From the NCBI GenBank assembly GCA_028534125.1, contig CM052817.1, positions 43,774,001 to 43,838,000 of the forward strand: DNA of 64,000 nucleotides, written 5' to 3'. Each line of letters starts with the position of its first letter. Positions within the stretch are counted from its first letter, which is position 1. Shown piece by piece: positions 25,378 to 39,519 of this stretch. The notes beneath the pieces are model-generated. The model saw only the letters and a list, made by a program, of their open reading frames with translations. It did no database searches and was not told the DNA's origin. Made by a program: the position numbers and the translations under genes. This DNA is from Lama glama. Lineage: Eukaryota.

Positions 25378-28300
25378 TTTTTAATAACTTTACAGAGGCA
25401 TATTTCGCATATCACAGTATTCATTTTCCAATTTACAATTCATTGATTTTTTTTTAGTAAGTTTATCAACAATCACCATAAATTAGTTTTAAAACATCTT
25501 CATCACCCCAATATGATCCCTAATGTACATTTACTATTAATGCTTGTTCCTTCCCATCCCCCCCTCCCAGGCAATCACTAATCTTTCTGTCTCTATAGTT
25601 TTACCTTTTTTGGATATTTCACATAAATGGTATCACACAGTATGTAGTTTCTGTGTCTGCTTTCTTCACTGAGAATGTTTCTGAAGGTCATCCACATCAT
25701 AGCATACATCCATAGTTTGTTCCTTCTTATTGCTAAATAGTATTCGAACAGATATGTTGCACATCAAGTTTTGATACGAGTATACACTCGTGAAACCATC
25801 ACCAGTCAGGATAACAAACATGTCAATCATTCCTAAAATTTCTTTTGCTTCTTTGTAATCCCTCCTTCCTATCCTATCCCAGCCACCCTGTCCCCTACTT
25901 CTCTACTTTCTGTCAGTAAACATTATTTTGCAGCTTCTAGAAGTTTACATAAATGGAATCACATAGTATGTACTCCTTTTTGTCTGGCTTCTTTCAATAA
26001 GCATAATTTTTTTTAATTCATCCATGTTAAAGCATGCATCAACAGTTTATTTATTATTAAAAATATTCTATTATATAAATATAAAAAGAGTGTTTATACA
26101 TTTACCTGTCAATAGACACATGAAATGTTTCTGGTTTTTGGCTATTACAAATAAATCTGTTACAACATCCAAGACATGGAAACAACCTAAATGTGACAGA
26201 TGACTGGATAAAGAAGTTGTGTATTTATACAATGGAATACTACTCATCCATAAAAAATAATAAAACAGTGCCATTTACAGCAACATAGATGGTCCAGGAG
26301 ATTGTCATTCTAAGTGAAGTAAGCCAGAAAGAGAAAGAAAAATACCATTTGATATCACTTATATGTGGAATATTAAAAAAAAAAGACAAATTAACTTATT
26401 TACAAAAGAGACTCAAAGACACAGAAAACAAACTTATGGTTACCAGGGGAAAGGAAGTGGGAAGATATAAATTGGGAGTTCAAATTTTCAGATACTATTA
26501 TATATATAATAGATAAACAAGTTCATACTGTAAAGCACAGGGAACTATATTCAGTATCTTATAGTAACTTAAAAGAAAAAGAATATGAAAATGAATATAT
26601 GTATGTTCATGTATGACTGAAGCATTATGCTACACACCAGAAATTGATGTAACACTGTAAACTGACTATACGTCAATAAAACTATATATACAGAAAAAAT
26701 AAATAAATCTGATATAAGCATTTGTTTACAAATCTTTGCATGAACATATGCTTTAATTTCTCCTTGGTAAATATTTAAAATGTGAAGTAGTAGGATCATA
26801 TAGTATGTGGACGTTAAACTTCTTAAACTGCCAAACTATTTGTCAAAAAGGTTGCATCATTTTACATTCCCACAGTAAAATATGAGCATATGAGCATTCC
26901 ACTCCCTCCATATCCTCACCAACACTTGGTATAGTCAGTCTTTTTAACTTTAGTCATTGTAATAGATATGTAATGATATCTCATTGTGGTTTGAATTTGT
27001 ATTTCCTTAACAACTAATAATGCTGAGCATCTTTTAATGTGTTTGTCATTTGCTTGCCATGTGTCTGTCACACCTTGGTGAGGTGTGTTCAAATCTTCTG
27101 ATTTTTAAAACTGAATATTTTTACTACTGAGTTTTAAGAGTTCTTTTGTGGATTTATCAGATACATGATTTGCAAATATTTTATCCCAATTTGTGATTTA
27201 TCTTTTCATTCTCTCAACAGTATCTCTTAAAGAGAAAAGGTTTAATTTTTATAAAGTACAATTTATCAGCCTGTTCTTTTGTGGATCATACTTCTGGTGT
27301 CAAACCTAAGAAATTATTCCCTAATGCAACTTTTTTTTCTAGAAGTTTTTTCATTTGGAGTTTACAGTTAGGTCTTTGATACATTTTGAGTTAATTATAT
27401 TTGGTATGAAGTATGGATCAAAGTTCATTTTATCACATATAGATAAATTGTTCTAGTACATTTGTTGAAAAGACTCTCTTGCCTCACTATTAAAAATGCC
27501 TTTGTATTTGTTTTAAATCAGTTGTCTATGTGAGTTTTGATCTTTTATTTATTTGTTTGTTTTTGGACTCTATATTCTATTCCACTGATCATTTTGTCTC
27601 TTTTGATATCAACATCATACTGTTTTAATTACTGTAGCTTTATAAATCTTAAAATCAGAAAGACCTCCAACTTTGTTCTTTGTCAAAGTTATTTTGGGTA
27701 GTCTAGATCCTTTGTATTTCCACATGAATTTTAGAATCAGCATGCCAATTTCTAACAAAAACATAAGTGGGACTTTGGTTGAGAATGTACTGTGTCTATA
27801 CATTATTTTAGGGACAACTGACATCTTAACAATATCGTGTTTACTGATCCATGAGTATGATTCATCTCATCATTTATTTAGACCTTCTTTATTTAACTTC
27901 TCTCAACTACATTTTGAAGTTTCCAGTGTATGGAAACTATAAATGGCATTTCTTAGTTTTAAATTTTAATTTCTAAATGTCCTTTGCTGTTACACAGAAA
28001 TAAATTGATTTCTGTATATTGATTTTTTATCCTGCAACCTTACTTAACTCACTTCCTTGTTCTACTAGCTAGATCGTGCTATCTTGTGCAAAATGACAGT
28101 TTTACTTCTTCCCTTCTAACCTGGAGGCCTCTTTTATCTGCCTGACTGCATTACCTAGATGCCCTAGATCAATGCTGAACAGAAGGGGTGGGAATGGATA
28201 TCCTTATCTTGTTCCTTATCTTAGGAGGAAAGCCTTTCAGCACTAAGCACCACGTCAGCTGTTGATTTTTCCTAGATCCCCTTTATCAGGTTGAGGATGT

Positions 28301-28610
28301 TAATCTATTCCTAGTTTGCTGAGACTTTTTAATCAGGAAGGAGTGTTAGACTCTGTCAAATGTTTTCTCTGAGATAATCACAACTTGATTTTTAGTTTGT
28401 TAATATGGTAAATTATAATGATTGTTGAATGTTAAACTAACCTTCTGTTCCTAGGATAAACTCTACTTGGTCATGATGTTTATCCTTTTTATACATTGCT
28501 GGATTCTATTTGCTAAAATTTAGTTTATAATTTAGTATCTACATCCATGAATAATACTGGACTGTCATTTCCTTTGTCTGGTTTTGGTATCAAGGTAATG
28601 CTGACTGCTT
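25378..28610 (-). mobile_element. Old L1MB-like element(s): 3' ends plus degenerate ORF2
   Basis: Track ORF 27615..27824 (..LILKFMWKYKG..NKVGGLSDFKIYKATVIKTV) is L1 ORF2 C-terminal sequence; two stacked 3' ends at 25378-26160. Confidence 0.9.
26166..26700 (+). mobile_element. Younger lineage-specific L1 3' fragment nested in the old L1
   Basis: TSD aaataaatctgttacaa (26149-26165) / aaataaatctgatataa (26701-26717); ORF2 tail IVILSEVSQKEKEKYHLISLICGI. Confidence 0.92.
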
Positions 28611-28679
28611 TAGGTGGAAAGGTAAATCAGGTCCCTGTTACTCCATCTTAGCCAGAAGAAGTCTGCTTAATAGTTATTA

Positions 28680-28870
28680 GGCCATTATCTCATCTACTCC
28701 TTTCTAACCTAGAAAGTATGCCATTATCAACCTCACTTTACATAGAGGGAAAATGGGGAATGAAGGAAAAGTGAGGCTCAGAGAGCAAGGTAGCACAGTT
28801 CTAATCTGGAACTAGGACTTGGATCCACATGGTATGAATCTTAAACCCACTCTCTCAACCTCCTACAATA
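28680..28870 (-). mobile_element. MIR fragment
   Basis: gaaaagtgaggctcagagag..caagg..cacag. Confidence 0.55.
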
Positions 28871-29309
28871 CTACACTATTTAAGAAGTATTCGAAAAGAT
28901 TCTCTTTCAGCACACAAATTTCTTTTTCATTAAGAAGAAGCACGGTATCTCTAAAAGATCGAGGTGGTCTGTTCTGGAGCCCATGCCAACCACTATAGTA
29001 TTTGTTAAAAAGAATGAATAAGATGCCATTTTTTTAATACTCTGAGTCAGGATCTAATATAAACTATTAGCTTTTCAATATACTGAAACCATTACCTAAG
29101 AAAACATTACTTAAGAAAAAAGATACAGCTAGGAATTATAAAGAGTCTTATAAAGACACTTTATAGTCCCAAAAAGTCCAACCAACAGTAACAATAGCTG
29201 CTATCATTTTAAAATTCTATGTTCAAAACCACATTGTGAAATAGATATTACTATATAAATTTTATAGATGTGGGAATTTGAGACATAACAACATTAAGAA
29301 ACTTGTTTA

Positions 29310-29556
29310 GGGGGAAGGTGTAATATACGAGTAGGGGACTAAGAGGTACAACCTATTATGTATAAAATAAGCTACAAGAGCATATTTGTACAACACAGGG
29401 AATATAGCCAACATTTTTATAATAACTATAAATGGAGTACAGCCTTTAACAATTATGAATCACTACATCGTATACCTACATTATACCTATGGTATAGTAA
29501 CATATAATACTATACAACAACTATACTTCAATTTGAAAACTAAATGAAAAAACAAA
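29310..29556 (+). mobile_element. L1 3' end inserted in a minus-strand MIR (~29190-29640)
   Basis: tgtataaaataagctacaag..caacacagggaatatagcca..caactatacttcaat; degenerate TSD aagaaacttgttta / aggaaaattattta. Confidence 0.85.
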
Positions 29557-30035
29557 AGGAAAATTATTTAAAATCTGCCATTCTTTAAGCAGCCAAATAG
29601 ATAGTCAAGCCCAAGTCTCCATAGCTCCAGAATATTCTCTTAAAATTTGTATTTGGTTTTTTGTTTGTTTTTTACATTAAAATGTTATCATCCCTAAGAA
29701 ACGAGAAGCACTGCCAAGAGCCTTTTGGGAACAAGGAAATTCCAACATCAGATTCCAGCAGAGCTCAAGGCCAAATGAATTAGAGCTAAGCTTTGATGAT
29801 AATGATGTTTGTACTGAAGGATTTCCCAATTCCTGACTGGATTAAACTTGCTTTGCCCCCTTTCTAAAGTAAGTTTTCCTTCTATAAAACTAGCTAAGTA
29901 CCTTTTTTATATTTCTGATGATCTACAGTGGGCACAGCTTTATTAGCTTGGACCACTAGCTGTTGGCTATAATGCAGAATTCCTTCAGAGTAGAATGGAA
30001 GGAGGAGTAACAGCTACTCAAGTAACTCCAGTCAT

Positions 30036-30298
30036 GAGGCAAGATGGCACAGGGTAAAGAGCCTAGACTCTTGAGGAGACTCCCAAGGTTCAAATACCTA
30101 GTGTGCCTCACACTAGCTGTGAGACTTTGGAAAAATTATTTAACCTTTCTGGGCTTCCATCCCTTCATCTATAAAATAGGGATGATAATTTATCTCTCAT
30201 AGGGTTGTGGATTAAAAGACAAAATACATGAAAATTGTTTAGAATAGTGCCTGGCAATTGGTAGGCACTGTTTAAATTTTGTTAATATTATTATTATC
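30036..30298 (+). mobile_element. Near-complete MIR
   Basis: ggttcaaat, actagctgtgagactttgg, catctataaaatagggatgataat, tagaatagtgcctggca, tattattatt tail. Confidence 0.85.
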
Positions 30299-30928
30299 CC
30301 TATAGTTACTGCACAAGAAAATATTACATAAATAGGTATGTTAGAGATTCTGTAGTATTATAAAATATTTGCAAATAACTATGTATTTTTATAAGTAAAA
30401 AACACAGTTTATAAAAATCTGACATATCTATATTAGTGTCCTAAAAATGGCTCTGGAAATTGATTTCCAGCATCTTCTGTAAGAGAGCAAACAGTTATCA
30501 AAACACAGACAGGAATAATCAAAAACAATTCATTAAAATAAACCAAATTTGTCAATTCCATTATAGTATTTAATACCTGCTATGGACTCAGCATTATGCA
30601 ATATTCTACACAAGATATATAAGATCTAAGTTCTACTCTCAAAATGCTTAAAACATTAAAGAGCAAAAATAACACTCACAGAATAGATAAATAAGGGAAA
30701 CTACAAGTAAATGTCAGGGAGTGGCACATAACTCTGGAAAGGAATTCTACAGCACCATTAAAATTTATGAGTTCAATCTATAAAAAAAATTATCTATGTA
30801 TATATTTAGTGCCACTCCTAATGCTAGTGATAAGAACAAGTTCAAAGGACTGGTATATTATAAACTATCAGTGAATCACTTAAGAAAAAAAGAAAAGGGG
30901 TCACTGAATAATTTTCACTATCACTTAC

Positions 30929-31035
30929 TGTTGCTATTTTGGTCTCCAGAAAGTTCTCCCTTTCTTCATCTACCTTAATTTCATGTCCAGTTTTAAATAA
31001 TTCAAGCATTTTGGGGATGTCCCGGCCAACGGAAT
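30929..31035 (-). CDS. MRPL1: MRPL1 coding exon (exon 7), 107 bp
   Basis: Acceptor ttttctaaccag|, donor ACA|gtaagt. Encodes (N)[35 protein letters not shown]; phase 1 start matches the previous exon. Confidence 0.97.
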
Positions 31036-31140
31036 CTGGTTAGAAAAATAGAAAATCCAAAGTTATCATTACATCTAAACAAGTGGCAAAAATACTGAAT
31101 AAGAGAAGCATTCACCTCAAGTTAAGATATAACAATGAAC

Positions 31141-31643
31141 TGTGGCAGAGAGACTTTAGGGTGGCCTATTTCCTGATGTTCATGTCCTTGTGCGATCCCT
31201 TTCCCTTGAGTGTGGATGAGACTTGAAACACGCTTCTACGCCAAGACAGGATGATTACATATACATGACTACATTACACAAAGCTGTCTTGGAGGCATCT
31301 CTTCCTGTTGGCCTTGAAGAAGCAAGCTACAATGTCATGAGGTGACAAATGGAGAGGGCCATGGGTCAAGAAACTAAGACCGTCAGTCCAGAAACCTGCA
31401 AGGAACTGGATTCTGCCAAAAAGCCACATGAATCTGGAATTGGATCCTTCCCCAGTCAAGTCTCACATAAAACCACAGCCCCAGCTGACACCCTGACTAG
31501 AGCTTTACAAGACCCTGAAGCAGAAAATCTAGTTTAGCTGTACACACATTCCTGACACACAGAAGCTGAGACAGTAAACGTGTGCTGTTTTAACCCACCA
31601 AATTTGTCATATTAATGTTGCACGGTAATAAGTAGGTGTATAC
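31141..31643 (+). mobile_element. MaLR solo LTR (MLT1E-like)
   Basis: TG..CA ends; cttgagtgtgg, gccttgaagaagcaagc, aaggaactggattctgccaa, gtgctgttttaa. Confidence 0.85.
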
Positions 31644-32679
31644 AATGATGATGCTTATCATACTCTAGAAATACAGATGACAAAATAAAACACAAAATAA
31701 CCCACGGTAAAAGCTAACAGTGGAGTCTTAAAATCTTCTAAGAACTTTTTACTTACCTTTGCATGAAATTCACCTCACCTCCCTTACCATAAAGGGAAGG
31801 AACTAGAAAAGTAGCGAGATTTAACAGTAGAAATATCTCAGTGAATGGATACAGTCTGGAGGCAATTCATTACTGTACAAAAGGTTACAGAAGCTGGCAT
31901 GAAAAAAGAGTTAAAAACTGAAACTTCACTGTTTTCTAATTTACTTTCTCCTCTATTAGGGTGGGGAAAAAAGATGCCACTGAATATAGAAAGTAGAAAA
32001 AAGGAATCAAGGTAAAAACTAAGAATTTTCAAAGGACCATGCAAGAGACTCCAAACATAAATTATACCTTTCTCATCTTTAGTCATTTAAATTTTAACTC
32101 AAATTTAACACATAAAAATATATATTCCTAATATTCCATAATACCATTACTGAAAACTGAAAAAATGTTCAATTTTGTACATAGAAAATGTGATTTATTT
32201 TAAGGGTAAGAAATATAGTAAGAAAAGTCCCACGGAAAACACACAACTCCCACTGTCTCCAGCAATTCTTCCCATAAGTCAGTGTGAAAATCTTACTGCA
32301 TCAAGAGCACAGCACACTAAGGATCACCTGAGGAGTGGTTCAAATGGATCAAATGGAGCACTTCAGCTATAAATGAAAGCAATTATCCACAAGGAGCATA
32401 CAATCAAATTGGGAGAAAAGGGATGTGCATACAAAAACTACTGAAAAAACACTGGGGGTTTTTAGTATCACATTGTAGTATAACAAGCAGTAAACATATG
32501 ACAGATAGTATAATAATAAACAAGTTTCTAGCAATGATGTACAAAAAACAGGCACCTCATTAAACCATCTATATCTCTATTTGAACTTCTTTAATTTAGA
32601 TATATTTTTAAAGTTATGTTTTCTTAAGAATAGTGCCTTGGACACAATAGAAACTCAAGAATTACCTGCTGACTGACCT

Positions 32680-33510
32680 GAATCTACACCCACAATGTGG
32701 CTTTCCTTCCTGTCATATGGAGGAACTGTCTATGTTCTTACTAAAGGCCATGCCTCTTCATTTGAGCACTGGATCCCATTCCTCCCCACCTATCCAGGGG
32801 CACCACTCCTCCCACTCTCCACTACACTGTCAACTTTCCCTGCTTTCTTACATCATCATCATCGACTCATAAACTTGCTATAAAATCCCCCATCTTAAAA
32901 TAAAACAAGACTATGACTTCATATTGCCTTCCAGTGACATCCAATACTCTTTTAAGAACATAAGTTTTCAAGAAAAAGCTATCATTTCTGTCTCTGCTTC
33001 CTCTTCTTCCATTTTCTCTCAGACCTACTTGAATCAGGTTATCATCCTTACTACTCCACTGACAAGAATTTTGTCAAGGGCATCAGTGACCTTCACACTG
33101 GTAAATCCAGCAATAATTTCTCAGTGTTCCTCTGACTTGACCTACCAACAGTAGTTCACAAAATATATTTTTCCTCTTCCTACCATATCTTGATTTGTCC
33201 TCAAACACTCCTCTTACTGCCTGATCCATTCTATTCTTGTTGGCTGAGCCACTCTCACTTAGCTGATTTCTAAAAGTTAAACTCTCTACGGGTTCAGTCA
33301 TTTGACTTCTCCCCAGCAAGTGATCTCATTCAGACATATTGCTTTAAACACCATTTATCCACTGACAACTGCCAAATTTGTATCTCTAGCCACAAGCTCT
33401 CTCATGATCTCCAACCACCTACTTAATATCTCCACCCAGATGTAGGTAGGTAATTACTAAGGTGTACAATATGACAGATGTTTGTTTGCTCAAAGAATGA
33501 ATAAATGATG
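32680..33510 (+). mobile_element. L2 fragment
   Basis: ttgtcaaggg..cagtgacct, gatctcattcag, aaatttgtatctctagcc, gaatgaataaatga tail. Confidence 0.75.
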
Positions 33511-33809
33511 TTATAATTTTGAATCTGATACCATAGTGCTGTTGTAATGATAATGAAGTGGGAAAGAACAGGACTTAAGAAGGAAAGAAACAGTTTTGCA
33601 TTAACACGTACTGAAGTAAGGGTGCCGACGGAATACTGAATACTGTATACAGCTGGAAATAAGACATCGGAAAAAAGTGATGGATTGGGGGAAATGATTG
33701 GATTTGACTTTTAAAGCCAGTTCCATCCTAAAACAATCAAACAAAACCTCCTTCCTTTGACCTTACATATTCCTTTTCCTATCTCCCTCTTTCTAACCAA
33801 ATCTTTTTG

Positions 33810-36800
33810 ATGTGAATTTGCATTGCCCTAATGACCAAGATGTTGAGCATCACTTCATGTGCTTAATGGTCAATTGTATTATCTTCTTTTGTAAAGTGCC
33901 TGTTCAATTCTTTTATCCCCTTTTTGGAAAATTAGGTTAATAATCTTCTTATTGGGTTATAAGAGTTCTTCCTATATTCTGATACAAGTCCTTTGTTAGA
34001 TATACGTGTGCCAAATATTTTCCCCCAATCTGCAGCTTATCATTCCATTTTCTTAGTGGTGTCTTCTCATGATGAAAGTTTTTAATTTTCATAAAGTCCA
34101 GTTTAACAGCTTATTCTTTGATGGCTCATACTTTTTGTGTGCTAAGAAATCTTTGCCTAATCCAAGGCAATAAAGATACTCTCCTAGAAATTTTTCTTCT
34201 AAAATTTCATGGCTTTAGCCCTTACAGTTAGATCTATGACCTATTTTGAATTAATTTTTGTGTTTGATGTGAGGGAAGGGATACCTAGCTATTTCAGCAC
34301 CATTTATTGAAAAAAAAAAAGAATTCTTTACTCATATAATTCTGGTACTTTTGTCAAAAACCAGTTGGTTTGGGTCCATTTCTGAACTCTCAATGTTCGA
34401 CGTTTATATATTTTATCCCTATGCCATACCACACTGTCTTGATTACTGTAGCTCTATAGTAAAGTCTTAAATCAGGTAATGCAACTTTGCTTAAATAACT
34501 TTGGTATTCCTTTTTAAAACCATTTTTCTATGCCAGGTGCTTTATCTTATCATTTAAATATTAGAATAAGCTTGTCCATTTCTAAATTAAAAAAAATTGT
34601 AAGGCTTCTGGGAGTTTCATTGGGATTACATTAAATCTACAGAAAACTGTGGAAAGAATTCCATCTTAACAATATTGTACTTCAAATCCACAGCCACGGT
34701 ATATCCTTTATTTGCTTAGGTATTTCTTAAACTTTCAGCAACATTAAGTAGTTTTCTCTAAAAAGCCTTACACATCTTTTGCTGTATTTATTCATAAGTA
34801 TTTTACTTGTTTTTATGCTCTTGTGAATGGAAGTGTTTTATAAATTTCATTTTGATTTATCTATTGCTAGTACATAGAAATTCAGCTGATTTTGTATGTT
34901 GAACTTGTATCCTGATCTTGTATCCTGTAATTCATTTATGAGAATTCACTCACTAGAATATCTCAGGATCGTATCTTCTAAGAATAAAAAAAGTTTTTAT
35001 TTCTTCCTTTCCCATATGTATGCCCTTTATTTCTCTGACCTGCTACAATACTGAATATAAATAGTGAGGGCAGAGATCTTTGCCTTAAGTAGAAAAGCAT
35101 TCAGTCTTAATGATCTCATCATTAAGAATACTAGCTGTTGATTTTTCATAGAAGCACTTTGTTAAGCTGAGGAAGTTCACTTCAAGTCCTAGTATTCTGA
35201 GAGTTCTTATCATGGATAGGTGTTTTCTGAAATGCCTTCTCTGCATTTACTGAGATGATCTTAAGGTGTTTACTCTTTACCCTATTAACATGATATACTA
35301 ACTGATGTTCAGATGTTAAATCAACTTTGTATTCTTGGACTAAATCTCCTTAAGGTGTACTAAAATTTACATACATACATATATACATGCACACATACAT
35401 ACTGCTATTCAATCTGCTAATATTTTATTAAAGATTTTTGCTTCTATTCTCATGAATATTGGTCTGTAGATTTCTTGTGCTGCCGCTGTCTAGCTTTAAT
35501 ATCAGGGTAATGTCAAGCTCATTAATGAGCTGGTAAATGTTCCTTCCCCACTATTCTCTAAAGAAGTTGTGAAGGATTCCTAGTATATCTGCCTTAAATG
35601 TTGGATAGAATTCACCAGTAAGAAATCACATGAGCCTGAGCTTTTCATTGTAGGAAGCTGTAAATGACTAATTCACTTTCTTTACTTGATACAGATCTAT
35701 TCAGATTTTCAATTTATTCTGGACACTTTAAGTAATTTTTGTCTTTCAAGATATTTGTCCATTTCATATAAACTGTCATATTCATTGGCAAAAGTTGTTC
35801 ACAATATTACCTCATTATCTTTTAATGTCTATAGGATATGTACTGATGTCCTCTTTCATTCCTGATCTTGATAATCTATGTCCTTTTTTTTAAAATCAGT
35901 CCAGTTACAGTTTTATCAATTTTATTGATTTTCAATAAACTAGTTTTCCTTTCATTGCTTTTCTCTGTTCTTTTCCTTTTTCTATTTCATTTACTTCCAT
36001 TCTGATATTTATTATTTTCTTCCTTCTACTTACTTTGGGTTTGATTTGCTTCTTTTTTTCTAGGTTCTTAAGAGGTAAAAGTTTAGAACAATGATCTTAA
36101 ATTTTTCTATTCTAATTTAGCCTTTAAAGCTATAAATTTTCATATAAGTACTGCTTTAGCTACACCCCACTAGTTTTGACATGTGTTTCATTGGCGTTCA
36201 ATTCAAAACATTCTCTATTTTCTCTTGTAATTTCCTCTTTGATCTATGGATTACTTAGAAATGGACTGTTTAATTTTAATGTATTTGAAGATTTCTCATT
36301 TTTCTTTTGATTACTGATTTCTGACTTAACTGTTATGATTAGGAAACATACTCTGTATGATTTCAATCCTTTTAAATTCATTAAGACCTGTGTTATAGCC
36401 TAGCAAACAATCTAACCTTAATGCTCCATGCACACTTCAAAAGTGTGCACCGAACACTTTCTGTTGTTAAGTGACATGTTCTACAGCTAGCAGTAAAGCC
36501 AAGCTGATTGACAGTACTGTTCAAGTCTTTTATATCCTTATTGATTTTCTACATACATGTTCTGTCAGTGATTAAGAGAAGAATATTAAAATCTCCAACT
36601 GGACTTCACGATTAGTCTGTTTCTCCTTTCAATTCTGTCAGTTTTTGCTTCAGTTATTTTGTGGCTCTTTTTTTAGATAAGCATGTCCTTTTAGTAAGAT
36701 AGAATATCCACCTTTTTCTCTAGTAAATTTCTTGTCTTAAAATCTATTCTGTCTGGTATTAAAATAGCCAACCCAATTCTCTAATACTTACTGTTCTCAA

Positions 36801-37200
36801 GGTATATCTTTACTCTTCATTTTATTTTCAGCCTATTTGTATGTTTGAATATAAAGTGTGTCTCCTGTTGACAGCATATAATTGGATTGTTTTTTCATCA
36901 TCTTATAATCTCTGCCTTTTGGTTGAAGTGTTTATTCAATTTCCTATTAAGCCAACTAATGATGTGGCTGGATTTAGGTCTTTATTTTGTTATGTGTTTT
37001 CTGTTTGTGTCATCTCGTTTGTTCCTCTGTTCTTCTATACTGCCTTCTTTTGTTTTAAATGAAAAATTTTAGTATATCAGTTTTATTCCTCTATTTAGTT
37101 TTAAGCTCTATCTCTTTTTGTGTACGTTTTCACTCGTTCTAGAGATTACAATGTGCACATTTATTTATTACAACCTACTTCATCTTAATACTTACTTCCA
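33810..37200 (-). mobile_element. Old L1M, degenerate ORF2 region (~3.4 kb)
   Basis: gatgttgagcatc..ttcatgtgctta, ccacactgtcttgattactgtagct, tagaattcaccagt, ctgctttagctacacccca; T-rich throughout. Confidence 0.9.
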
Positions 37201-37239
37201 GAAAACAATAGATTTGTGCCTAACTCCATCCCCCCCACC

Positions 37240-38060
37240 TCATCTCACTGTGATATTATTGTCATATCCAAACATGCTTCATCTCCTGTGTATCTCTTTA
37301 AACAATATTCACTGGGCTACTCAAGACAGAAATTAGGGAATCATTCTAGATTCCTCCCTCTTCCTTACCTTCCACATCTAATCAATAACTCCTGCTAATT
37401 CTACCTCCTCAATATCCCACAACAGACTTCTTCTTCTGTCTTCATTGTCACTGCTCAGTGTCACACACCCTACCACTTACATCGCTCCTTAAAGTCATTC
37501 TAATAAGCAAATCTTGTATCATTCTTCTGAGCAATACTTTTCAGTAGCTCCTATCTACATGGAGGACAAAAGTCTAATCTCCATGGTATGGCACGCAAAG
37601 CCCTCCATGATCTGGCCCCTGCCTATTACTCTTAACTCCACTAGCCTATCTGATAACACTTTATATACCAAAAAATGGAAAGCTATTTACAATTTCCTGA
37701 AGACAACTTGCCATTTCATACTTTTGTGCATTAGTACAGGTCATTTCCTCCACCTGGAATGTTCTCCCCATGCATGTCAGGAAAGAAAATGCCTACTCAT
37801 GCTTAAACTCTCAACTTAACTGCTACCTTCTGTATATAATCGGATTCTACAAAGTATCCCACATTTCCCCTAAGCACTCTGCACATTTTCCACTAGCATA
37901 CTTTCTATATTTTAGAGCAGTCTGTTTTCATCTCTCATCTCTCAATTTGCATCTCCTTAAAGATGGAAATTATCTTTTTATCTTTTAATCCTCAGCAATA
38001 AGTATACTGCCTGGCACATACTAGGCACTCAATAATTATCTGCTTACTCAATAGATGAGT
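37240..38060 (+). mobile_element. L2 3' fragment
   Basis: aagccctccatgatctggcccctgcct, cctggaatgttctcc, tgcctggcacatactaggcactcaataa. Confidence 0.8.
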
Positions 38061-39003
38061 TATAATGGTAGAAATTATATATGAACATGTGAAAAAGAGT
38101 AAATTCTAAAGTAATTATAAAAAAAATGGAAAAAAAGAAAAAAGTAATTACGGAGAACAAATAGCTACTTTAGGAACTGTAAGGACTCAATATTAGAGGC
38201 TCGTATATATCATGTACTTGTTATGTATCCAGCCAGTACTAAGCTCTTGCATACATTATAACAAAAACACTATGAGAAGATGTTATCATGAAACCCAGTC
38301 TGTGGTGGAATAGAAAGAGGCACAAAAATGTTCAAAAATTTGTTCAAGGTCACAATTAAGTTATAAAGCCAAGATAGAAAGTGGCCTTTGTTAGCCACTG
38401 TTCTATTCTGCTTTTCAACATAGTGCACTCTTAAATCTTCACCACTCTCTCGAGGGCTTTGCTATCCCTTATTGCTATGTAATTGCTCTCCTCTTTCTCT
38501 ATTTTCTCTTTTCTCTGTGCTTTCACATTTTTCTACTTTTCTACTCTTTTTCCTTTCTCTTCCCTTAATTCTCTCTATTCAATTTTTCTAATGAACATAA
38601 CCTTTACTAAACTATATAGTGAGGTATTTCATCCTGATGTATTTTCTCTTTTCTTCTTTACCTGGCATATGGCAGGCATAAAGCAAGAAGGATGTAAGAA
38701 GCCAGGGAAGACAAAAGGTGAGTTAAGATTGCATAGTGTAAAAGAAAGTTTTAAGAAACAGAGAAAACTAGAAATAGGTCTTAAAATGTGACAAAAGAAA
38801 GATCAGTGATTATTACCAAGAGCAACATTTTTTAGCTGAAGTATGGGAGAGAAGGATGTAAGGAAGAGTAACACTTGGTAAGGAAATGGAGAGATCTAAC
38901 CACTAAAGACGACCTGCTTGAAAACCCTGGTATGAAACAATGTAAAGAACTAAGATCATAGCTATAAATGATAGCTGAATCAAATGAACGTTTTGTGGTT
39001 TGG

Positions 39004-39230
39004 TTTTTTTTTTTCTTTGAGTAAAAGTAGATTTATTCAGGGACATACACACTCCATAGATAAGAGTGGGGGCCTTCTCAAGAAGCAAAAGAAAGAGAGG
39101 GAGAGAGGCAGCCCCACAGCACAGGGTGGTCTAGGAAAGTGAGATTAGCCGCAAGGTGTAGGGGTGGTTAAAGTAAAAGTAGATACCCACTCCACAGAGT
39201 GTAGGCCATCTCAGGAGGCAAGAGAGAGCC
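39004..39230 (-). mobile_element. Poly(A)-tailed LTR-derived retroposon with TSD
   Basis: T tract 39004-39018, minus-strand AATAAA at 39037-39032, flanking repeats aacgttttgtggtttggttt (38987-39006) / aaggttatgtgttttggttt (39231-39250). Confidence 0.7.
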
Positions 39231-39519
39231 AAGGTTATGTGTTTTGGTTTGGTTTATTTCTTTAACTAGAGAAATCTGAGTTAATTAAATTAAAATTCAA
39301 TGCTCAGTAAACCAGTTTGTCTAGTGTAGAAAATGAAACCATAAACTCCAAGACATTAAGGACTTTGTCTTGTTCATAGCCATCACACTCAAGGGTTGGC
39401 ACATAACTCTAAGTAGAATTATTCTAATTCAAAAAAATCTATAAATTGTAGATAATCCATTCTTTAGTTTCAGTATGTAATCCATATCTTCTGTCAACTG
39501 AATGCTGCAGTAAATGTGC

